Below, piece by piece: positions 11,949 to 20,266 of a stretch of 37,616 nucleotides of DNA. The translations under genes and the position numbers were made by a program. The stretch covers positions 1 through 37,616 of the forward strand of contig JAUCBJ010001288.1 in assembly GCA_032718475.1 (NCBI GenBank), read 5' to 3'. Numbering within the stretch: position 1 is the first letter of the stretch; each line of letters opens with the position of its first letter. A model generated the notes under the pieces. That model saw only the letters and a list, made by a program, of their open reading frames with translations, did not search any database and had not been told where the DNA came from. This stretch comes from Nemertoderma westbladi. Taxonomy: Eukaryota; Animalia; Xenacoelomorpha.

Positions 11949-12512
11949 CCACATCTGGAGCGGGTGTGTGACTATATTATTTTATATACTTTTATTTCTT
12001 TTATATCTCTATGTATGTATTATTATGTAAATTTCTTATAATTGTTTTATTTAATTTTATTTAGTAGAATGTTATTTTAGAGATTATTTAGTAGATTAGT
12101 GCAATATATATTAGTGTTTATTACTTAATTACTTATATATTATATATTTAGTGCGACGGCGAGAAATAATTCTTTTTCTCTTTCCTTACTGTCCGTATTA
12201 TATTATAAATGCAAGACTACAGTAAGATGAAACGTCCGTACTTATTAAAGTCCAATAAAGCTCCTACTATATTCAAGTATTATTGGTAGGCAGAGTATTA
12301 GGAATGCAAAGTTCAGATCCTCGTGTCTCGGCTAAACCAAGCTCTGGGTAGACCTTGGAAACGACTTGCCTTTTCACACTGACATTGCTTCGTGCGATAT
12401 TGCTCTTCTACCTTAGATTAAATAATATATATAGTAGTGTGATGTCCCTCTAACAGTAGCGTAAAACGCAAATAAACCTGTTAAACCTGTTAAACCTTTT
12501 GACCATCTTTAA

Positions 12513-12769
12513 TTCTAGTCGATTAAGATATCGTGGCACCCACCGATATACTTGAAAGACAAATTCTAGAATCAGTGGTTAACGTCCCCAGACAAGTTCT
12601 GGAACAAATCGGTGCCCATCTTAAATATTAATTTAATATTTATTAAAATCTGTAAAATTCAGATCCTTTAAAATTTCTAGTCAATTAAGATATCGCAGCA
12701 CTTACCAATACTCTTAAAAGACAAATTTTCTAGATTTAAGGATCCTAGGTCCCCAGACATGCTCTGGAA
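12513..12769 (+). repeat. Imperfect ~95-bp direct repeat in the pol-ORF3 spacer
   Basis: TTCTAGTC(G/A)ATTAAGATATCG...AAAGACAAATT..CTAGA...GTCCCCAGACA.G.TCTGGAA at 12513-12604 and 12675-12769. Confidence 0.75.
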
Positions 12770-13590
12770 TAAAATTCTGTCAATTTTACCATCAAATAAT
12801 AAAATTTACGGGAATAAATTTAAATTCATATCTTTAACGAATTTAATAAATTGTCATTTTATGCAATTTATAATATTCCCAAAATTCCATTAATTAATAG
12901 ATCACGGGAGCGGAGATTCACCCTATTGAGTGTATTAGAGTGCGAGAATCTCCAATATATAGTCAATAGCCGATAAAATTCATAAAATCATGTATAAAGA
13001 GGATATTGACAATCAAAGAATTACTATTAAATAGCATCCCAGATCTGTATGCATGAGAATTACCCTAATTCTACCGCTAGCTTTCCATAATGTTACCATA
13101 GCAACACCCACGCTAGAATTAGAAGCAAGTTAAAAAGAACAATAGAAAGCTTGCCCCATTGCATAGCATAGAGAATACATAGCACACTGTTAGTATCCAA
13201 GGATACATAATAATAACGTGGCATTCTGGAAGGCACTGACTAACGGACAAATGGCCTGTATGTGTACAATTGGTGACAGTTGTGTGGAATTTGTGCGTTT
13301 ATAGGTGAATGTTACTACTAAAGTGTGTTTACAGTAGCAAGTCGCAATTGTGAAAGTAGCCCTAACTCTACCGAAAGAACCTGAAGTGGATCCAAGCCTT
13401 TGGGACGGACAGTGGAGTGACTTGTGCCGGTTATCATTGTCGTGGTGTAGCTACACGTTGGCGAAAACACCGCGACGACGGTACATCGGCGCTGAGAATC
13501 CCACTGTCCGGGGGCAGAGAGGGGTAGGCAGCGACGCCCGCTCGCCTAAATATAAACTCATTATAATATTAATAAACTCATATAACAGAT

Positions 13591-15282
13591 ATGACGGAGT
13601 TGATAGAATATGATCTTGGTATCAGGGAGCGATATACTCTACCTTTACAAGCGTTTGTGGATAGCTTGATACGCGGTGAAGCCGATCCAACTACTACGGA
13701 GGACGATGGTCGTTATATCGAACCGCCTATGTCCCAGGAGCAACTTACGCGTGAATTGGACTATAGAAAATTCACCGCTCGCTATACGCATCATAATGGT
13801 ACGTATATGGACTTCTTAACTACCGGCCATCCTATCAATTTACACGATACGGACGATGTAGACACCGAAAGGGAAATGGTTTTATTTAAATATCATACCC
13901 AGCGGAGTCGTAACGATAAACCGAGAATAGAACACGAGAATTCTATTCATAACCGACTTGAAAGAGAAAACGTTGAAGAACCCGATAAGCGCATCGACTT
14001 CAACGATTACCTGGAATTTTTGAGAGAAACCTATCTCAATATTGCCAGTCAACAGAACCTAGAAACTCGATATCCTCAAGGTATACATCATGACCCTATG
14101 GTAGAACTCAAACGGCTCTATTTCACTATGATGTATCTTACTGCCGATCGTCCACTACCTGTTGTCCCGGATAGCTTTGAACAGATGGAGGAATATTGCA
14201 AAACTGGAGAACGATCACCCGTGTTTCCTCTACAGGATGTGCGTCTTTGGTATTATTGTGACAAATGCCCTAGACCCAACCAACAAACGGAAAGACATAA
14301 ACATCCGCGGAGACGTTGCGCTAAACACAGTTTTAAGCGTTATACTTACGGGAGTTTCGAGCGAAATCTGTTTGATGTATCACCTACGATTGCTCGTCTC
14401 AAACGATCACTAAATAAACCCATGATCAGGGTTCCGGAATACTCGGTCAGGCCTCCTCATTCCCCAGTGAGACCTCAAACTCTTGACCCTAACAGTATCA
14501 CGGATCCTCCCGAACTATATTCACTGTTCAAAGATTTAGTGTTACCCGAACAATTAATCGGTGGCACCCTGGTATTGGGTTCGTTAGATATTCGCCCATC
14601 CTACTTAGCCGGATTGGGACGCGGGCATCTAATATCGCCATTTAATCCTTACAATCGTCCAGGATTAACCCCGATGCAATCCGCCACGGAAGTTGAGGAG
14701 AGCGTTATAAGAAACACTTTAGACGCTATTCGGCAGAAGATCGGAAAGGGAACGCAAGATTGTTTAGAGAAACGTAAATTACAGCTACAAGTCCAATCGG
14801 TGAAGGAGTTAGCCTTGCCACATTTCGATCAAGAAATCCAAAACCTCAAGGAGGACATCGAGCTTGGACGCACGTATTCTCTACAAGAGTTTCTAGATGA
14901 ACGCCTACAGCAACAAGCGGAGGAAAACCAACTCGAGGAGAAACACACGGAAATGGACGAGAGAGAAGAAGCCGCTTTAGCCCAACCCGAAGCTCAAATC
15001 CTTATGACGGATCTCTACTCTAAAACCGTCCGTCATCCCTCTATGGTTCCCCATTTCGGAGACAAACTCTTCGCGACAATACAACCCCAACCGGTTGATA
15101 TAAGCATAAGATCACAAAATCTTATTGCCGACGCTCCTATGTTACAGCGTCTGCCAATCGAGGCCGCTCGTGTTGATGGTATACTCCGAACCTCCGGACA
15201 ATCGAGCAGATCTTGTCCGTCGTATGGTACACGATATCAACATACGCGCTACACCTTTACAGAACTCGTTTTATGGGATTAA
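13591..15282 (+). CDS. ORF3 N-terminal part, unknown function (CxxC motif, acidic coiled coil)
   Basis: 563-aa open frame inside the LTR-bounded unit. The last ~35 codons probably read out of frame, because the overlapping frame 15125-15607 continues it. No signal peptide or TM segment evident. Confidence 0.7.
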   Translation: MTELIEYDLGIRERYTLPLQAFVDSLIRGEADPTTTEDDGRYIEPPMSQEQLTRELDYRKFTARYTHHNGTYMDFLTTGHPINLHDTDDVDTEREMVLFKYHTQRSRNDKPRIEHENSIHNRLERENVEEPDKRIDFNDYLEFLRETYLNIASQQNLETRYPQGIHHDPMVELKRLYFTMMYLTADRPLPVVPDSFEQMEEYCKTGERSPVFPLQDVRLWYYCDKCPRPNQQTERHKHPRRRCAKHSFKRYTYGSFERNLFDVSPTIARLKRSLNKPMIRVPEYSVRPPHSPVRPQTLDPNSITDPPELYSLFKDLVLPEQLIGGTLVLGSLDIRPSYLAGLGRGHLISPFNPYNRPGLTPMQSATEVEESVIRNTLDAIRQKIGKGTQDCLEKRKLQLQVQSVKELALPHFDQEIQNLKEDIELGRTYSLQEFLDERLQQQAEENQLEEKHTEMDEREEAALAQPEAQILMTDLYSKTVRHPSMVPHFGDKLFATIQPQPVDISIRSQNLIADAPMLQRLPIEAARVDGILRTSGQSSRSCPSYGTRYQHTRYTFTELVLWD

Positions 15283-15607
15283 AGACCACCCTTATTACGT
15301 TAATCTGACTCAATATTATATGGTAAAACCTGAAGACCCGACGCATAATTTAAAGTTTCTACCGCTGATAAATCCTCTCGACATGGTCGAACTCAAACAA
15401 TTGCAGAAACATCTGGATCAGTTAGTAAAAGTAAACTCATTCAGAAAACCATACAACATATCTAGAATCAAGAAGGATGCAACACCTCCGTATAATCTCG
15501 ATGGATTTATTAAAACTCGATTAGTCCATTGGAATCTCGACGTATTATTCGAGGAAGAGAGAATACAAAGATATGAAATGTGGAGACGTGTACCACTCAG
15601 TACCTGA
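15125..15607 (+). CDS. ORF3 middle segment (frameshifted bridge)
   Basis: Protein-like frame-2 ORF overlapping both neighbouring frame-1 ORFs. Confidence 0.55.
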   Translation: MPTLLCYSVCQSRPLVLMVYSEPPDNRADLVRRMVHDINIRATPLQNSFYGIKDHPYYVNLTQYYMVKPEDPTHNLKFLPLINPLDMVELKQLQKHLDQLVKVNSFRKPYNISRIKKDATPPYNLDGFIKTRLVHWNLDVLFEEERIQRYEMWRRVPLST

Positions 15608-17679
15608 AGTATAGTGATCTCCCTGACGCTAGCCAATGCGCCACCTTGTGGCATCCAGTAGGGATGACCCTAGAGAACGCCACCAAAGAGTGGAATGAAA
15701 CTCTTAATGTCATTGAGATGTACGGAGTTGTCACCTACGATAACGAAGGTAGCGTTCCAGTCGGAGAATTAGGAACTACGCGCATGATACATATACGAGG
15801 ATTAGCTGGTTCTACCCACGTGTTTACTAGAGCGTGTTCCGATGTGATTGATTATTCTTTTGAGACTCTCACCGAAACACAAAAGAATCTCCGACATGGA
15901 CAATTCGAACTCGCACAGCATTATGTCATGGACACCGAGCGCAAACCTGCAATGGGTATCGATGGATCGATGTTACCCCAGCCCGTGCTCGAGATGTTGT
16001 TCAACGAAAGAATCTTTAAAATCGGCTCAGCTGTTTATGGAGATCTCCAAAACGACTTTCGGAACATGGAGAACATTCCATATCCTTTCGTGGATACTCA
16101 GCTGATTGCTCCCTGGGCAGAAGGCCGAGGTTTCTTCCGCACCATGTATGCTAATACATCCAGCAACATCGCCAAAGTACAACGAACTTCCATCGGACAT
16201 CTTGCCTTTCAGGAATACGGATGGAATTTCAAAGTCGGAAATCCTATCAACTATCAACAAGTATATGGAGACCATTATTCTCGATTATACTTTGACGGAC
16301 CATTGACCGCACCTGGCGCCGTGTATAGCTTCATGAGTGTTCCACTCCGTCCCTCCTTAGCTATATACACGATCTTTGAAAACACCGCACTTGCCGGTTG
16401 GCTAGCCGATGTGTGCAGTCGTACTATACGTGCCCATCCATTAATACTTGGAACCAAACTCGCTAAGCTAGATGAACATAATAAATTCATCCGCTTCGAA
16501 TGTTTCAGGCGTTTTTTAACCCCGTTCCGTAACGTGGATAGCCAATTCAAGGACCGCGCTTTGACCAAGCTCAGCCTAAGAAACTCAGCTGCGGAGAAGG
16601 TAGATAGCGCTCGATTTGCAATTTTTAAAGATATTTGTATACAGAACTTACACTCCTCTGTTATACAAAGACCTCGAATTCCCACAGGTTATTCTGTCGT
16701 GGAAATTCAGACAGTGGGTTCAATTGAGGAGACAGCCACACCCACCTCGGCCATGCACTTGGAAGACGAACCAATATGCTTAAAATCCGAGGAGATTCAG
16801 CCTACCGCGCCCAGGAGCAGCGACAACGATTACATCTTAGAATGGTATCAAGGTCCACAGTGTCTCACCGCATACGATTATCGCCATGCCAACTATGTTT
16901 CTCGACAACGTTGTCGGTTATGCGCATTGAGAGACCATATTACGCCCATGGACACAAACGTACCCTGCTCCTATTTCCACAAACAACCGGCGATGGAAAT
17001 CTATTGTGCATATTGCCAACTCAACAATTTGCACATTTTTGCAGTCTGCCCCCAATTTATGACTCAATGCCACCATTGTCAACTAAAAGGACATGCCAGT
17101 TTTGATTGCCCTTTTAATCACGATTTAGAAAGCGTAGATGAAATGATTACACTACGTTACATTCGAGCTTGGGAAGCGAACGCTGATTTATATTGCGATT
17201 CACGCCATCGCTATTACCCTGGACGCGCCTACGAAGGAGTTTATGCGTTCCATCCCTATCTATTCGCGTCTGTCGAACAGAAATCACACATACCGAGTTA
17301 CGAGCTAATAAAGCGCGTCGGAGAATGTATTTCAACCAAATTTGTACGCAAATTTCTCCGGAGCGTTAATCCTAACGATATTCATTCCTACAACTTAATC
17401 AATTTTATCCGTCAAGATCCAGAATATGGCGATTTATTTATCAACTCGCATCCAGAGTTACAGGAAGTATATCGACGGCCTTACGAATACCGAGCCCGAG
17501 AGCGCGAGTTGGAAAGAACCATTAAACCAAGGAAGTTTCTCACTGCCTATGGTCCGCCCACGGCTCTCGTTCAGACCACTCGTAAAGGACCCGTAAGAGC
17601 TGCTGTCCTGAAAAGCGCTCTAAAGGCCGTTAGACCTCTCTCCCCCGAAGTTGATGTCGACCGCAATAATAAAATATAA
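15580..17679 (+). CDS. ORF3 C-terminal part: DEDDy-type 3'-5' exonuclease domain plus CCHC zinc-knuckle cluster
   Basis: ExoI VVTYDNEG (D 15739, E 15745); ExoII LPQPVLEMLFNERIFKIGSAVYGDL (D 16042); FVDTQ; SIGHLA; ExoIII PLRPSLAIYTIFE (Y 16366). Knuckles CAYCQLNNLHIFAVC and CHHCQLKGHASFDC. The stop lies 14 nt before the 3' LTR. Confidence 0.8.
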   Translation: METCTTQYLKYSDLPDASQCATLWHPVGMTLENATKEWNETLNVIEMYGVVTYDNEGSVPVGELGTTRMIHIRGLAGSTHVFTRACSDVIDYSFETLTETQKNLRHGQFELAQHYVMDTERKPAMGIDGSMLPQPVLEMLFNERIFKIGSAVYGDLQNDFRNMENIPYPFVDTQLIAPWAEGRGFFRTMYANTSSNIAKVQRTSIGHLAFQEYGWNFKVGNPINYQQVYGDHYSRLYFDGPLTAPGAVYSFMSVPLRPSLAIYTIFENTALAGWLADVCSRTIRAHPLILGTKLAKLDEHNKFIRFECFRRFLTPFRNVDSQFKDRALTKLSLRNSAAEKVDSARFAIFKDICIQNLHSSVIQRPRIPTGYSVVEIQTVGSIEETATPTSAMHLEDEPICLKSEEIQPTAPRSSDNDYILEWYQGPQCLTAYDYRHANYVSRQRCRLCALRDHITPMDTNVPCSYFHKQPAMEIYCAYCQLNNLHIFAVCPQFMTQCHHCQLKGHASFDCPFNHDLESVDEMITLRYIRAWEANADLYCDSRHRYYPGRAYEGVYAFHPYLFASVEQKSHIPSYELIKRVGECISTKFVRKFLRSVNPNDIHSYNLINFIRQDPEYGDLFINSHPELQEVYRRPYEYRARERELERTIKPRKFLTAYGPPTALVQTTRKGPVRAAVLKSALKAVRPLSPEVDVDRNNKI

Positions 17680-17693
17680 TAATAATAATAAAA

Positions 17694-18733
17694 TGCCGCA
17701 ATACGCCAAATCCTCTAGCACAGTGTAGCTTTGATGATTCAGATTACGACATCTACCAGCTGGTTTGCTGGCATGGAAACGGCCGTTGGATCTATGGTTC
17801 TTTGTTTGGCTTAACAGCCAATCAGGGCGATTTTCATTTTATGTGTGGAGATATCTCTGCAAATTGTGCTAGGCGAGTTTAGTGTTGGTTTTCCTATGCC
17901 AAGAACACCGGCTGTGGAATCATTCTGTTTTCAGACTTTAGCCGAACATTAGTAGGCTTTGATTATAGAAACGTATAACTGTTATCAAGTCAATCCATAT
18001 CATACCATATAAAACAGTGCATATCTCAGACTTTTCACCGCATTATTTTACTGCTATTTACTGTCGGTTATTAATTGTATCAGTTGATGGAATATTGTTA
18101 TACTTGGAGAATATCGATAAATAACCCAAAAATCCCAATCTTCTTGATACGCTAAAGGTTAGAGAGACCGGTTACATATAGCAATTGCGACTTATATTAT
18201 CGTGGTTTTGGAGTGAATCTAATGCTATTTCATAGATACTACATGAGTCAATTGCTGTTCTCTTTATGTATGAACAAAATTCAGTGACTGTCGACAGATC
18301 AGTGTGCAGTTGTGCGGTACCGGTAGTGTGCATGAGTGCGACTGATAACTAAGCATCTCCTAAAGAATGCACCTTATACGTGAATCATAAGCCGTACCAT
18401 TGTGTTTAGTATAAGTCATAACTCTGTTTACATATTTAGAGCGCCACGTCCTAAAGGAACTGTTAATATTTCCCGAAAGTGAATAATATTTGTCAGAGAT
18501 TATATATTAACGATCAATCGAATAATACAGTAGGCTTACACCGCAATAAGGTCAAGGCATACGAATCCAGCCTCCCGGGTATATCCAGCGGGTGAATGAT
18601 CGCGCATCGGCTGGCTTCGGCTAATGTTGTGTTTATTTATAACAAATTCTTGTCATAGGCTAAAGTCGATTTATAAACTAAAAGACACTTAAAATTAGCG
18701 GGTTAAACTGCTAAAGGTCTAAAAGCGCGAACA
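17694..18733 (+). repeat. 3' LTR of BEL/Pao element
   Basis: Near-identical copy of 137-1176, TG...CA. Confidence 0.95.
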
Positions 18734-19193
18734 CATATGGAGCAAGCTGCGATCGTTTCTATCGCAAACAATGAATACACAACTCACACTGCCTTTGGAT
18801 GTAACAATGCTGTGTTTTATTGCATATTTGGACTCAATCAACCTTAGTAGGGCTACAATTTTAAATTATATGTCGGCTATAGCCATGACTTATCGATTAC
18901 TTAATATGACAGAATCTACCAAATCTTTTCGTATCCCTAGACTTCCTATCACAAAACAAATTTTATCACGAATGTTGCATGTGTGCAGTTCTGTTTATCC
19001 TGATCCTTATACTAACTCCATACTTAGATCTGTATTTATATTAGCTTTTTATGGTTTTTTACGAGTAGGTGAATTCGCACCAAAAAAGGGTACTGACGAA
19101 GTGGTTATAAATAGAACAGATCTACAATACGACGGACCTAGACTTATTATTACTATTTGCGCAAAAAACAGGGATAGTACGTCTGTATCATAA
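18734..19193 (+). pseudogene. Tyrosine recombinase fragment (DIRS/Ngaro/Crypton-type), truncated
   Basis: YGASCDRFYR.., CFIAYL...ATILNYMSAI, RLPITKQIL, LAFYGFLRVGEF (first catalytic Arg box). The downstream HxxR/H/Y motifs are missing. Confidence 0.8.
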
Positions 19194-19668
19194 AAGTTAA
19201 ATTTGTATAAGTTACTTTAAAATGTATAATGCTCTATATTATGTAGACTTACTATAATTATGTTCTCATATAATATTAATATTGATGTTTTAATATTTAC
19301 AAATGTATAAAAATTATAATAAAAATATGTATGGTTGAAAAATACGTTGTTGCGTTTTCCTTCCTCTGTGGTCATTTTTGCCCGTAATTGTTTGATCTGT
19401 CGATAAACTGATTGACTGGCTACCTAGCAGCGGCCGTACAACGAATCGTTAAGGATGAGGAGACGATCGTGAACGGATCGGACATAGCGACGGATATGCG
19501 GGCTATGGGAGTACGAGCAGTGAATCTTCTGGGATCTAGGACACTTCCCCCCCCGGACACTTCCCCCCCCCCCCCCCCGACCAAGTAGGACACTTCCCCT
19601 CCGGACACTTGCCCCCCGGACACTTCCCCCCCAGTTAAAGTGTTAAAGTTAATCTGGGTGCATCAAAG

Positions 19669-19956
19669 TGAAAGGATTGAGGTTGTAACTTGAGGACCTA
19701 ACTAATTATGGGGTACCGGTAACAATGGTTTGTACTGTACCTAGTAATTAATACCTTTGGGGGGATCTAAGTGCGCGTTGACATATAAGTATCTGATGTC
19801 TGCATAAGTACCGGTAGGGGATGAATAATATAATACTGATGGTGATGACTGAAACCTGTTGTTACCCTGTGTTATCGTGTTCGAAGTGCTGAACTGCTGA
19901 ACCGTCTGGAGCCTTCAATTAGACCTGTGAACTCTAAGGCAGGTGGGAGCCTGTCA
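19669..19956 (+). repeat. Gypsy 5' LTR
   Basis: TGAAAGGATTGAGG...GGGAGCCTGTCA; 3 substitutions and 1 indel versus the 3' LTR. Confidence 0.92.
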
Positions 19957-19970
19957 GTCAGCGGTGGGAT
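19957..19970 (+). promoter_or_regulatory. Gypsy PBS remnant, tRNA-Leu-like
   Basis: GTCAGCGGTGGGAT resembles the TGGTG(G/T)CAGCGGTGGGAT Leu-type PBS but lacks the leading TGG. Confidence 0.55.
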
Positions 19971-20266
19971 ACGGTCCACCCCGCTACCCTAATTAACTGA
20001 GTGCTTTATTTGTACATTTGTGTATCATCAGTGAGTTCAGACATTCGTACCCTGGTATATATAATGCAATAATAAGTATAATGGCTGAATGGGAATTACC
20101 CAATTATGAACTGTTGGAAGGAACCGGTAGGCCTACTGTTCTACCAGTACCGATGTAGGAAGTGGATAGACTGTAACTGTTGACTGTACTGCGGCTGGTA
20201 TTCGGTACCGGACCGGAAGTTAAAGTGTGGCATTTAAGTGTAAATACAGAAATATAGGCCTAAAGT

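Larger units (their letters stand above)
137..18733 (+). mobile_element. BEL/Pao-superfamily LTR retrotransposon, ~18.6 kb, decayed, with extra ORF3
   Basis: Two 1040-bp direct repeats (137-1176, 17694-18733) start TG and end CA. Internal order is Gag (DUF1759-like, triple Cys/His knuckle), PR (LLDSGS), RT (YMDD), RNase H (LHVFGDAS), IN (GVDLFGP, SDKGTNF, WWGGSWER), all typical of BEL/Pao. No TSD seen. Confidence 0.95.

Noticed and set aside
13591-17679. env glycoprotein as ORF3
   Set aside because: No signal peptide or transmembrane anchor; exonuclease and zinc-knuckle motifs instead.
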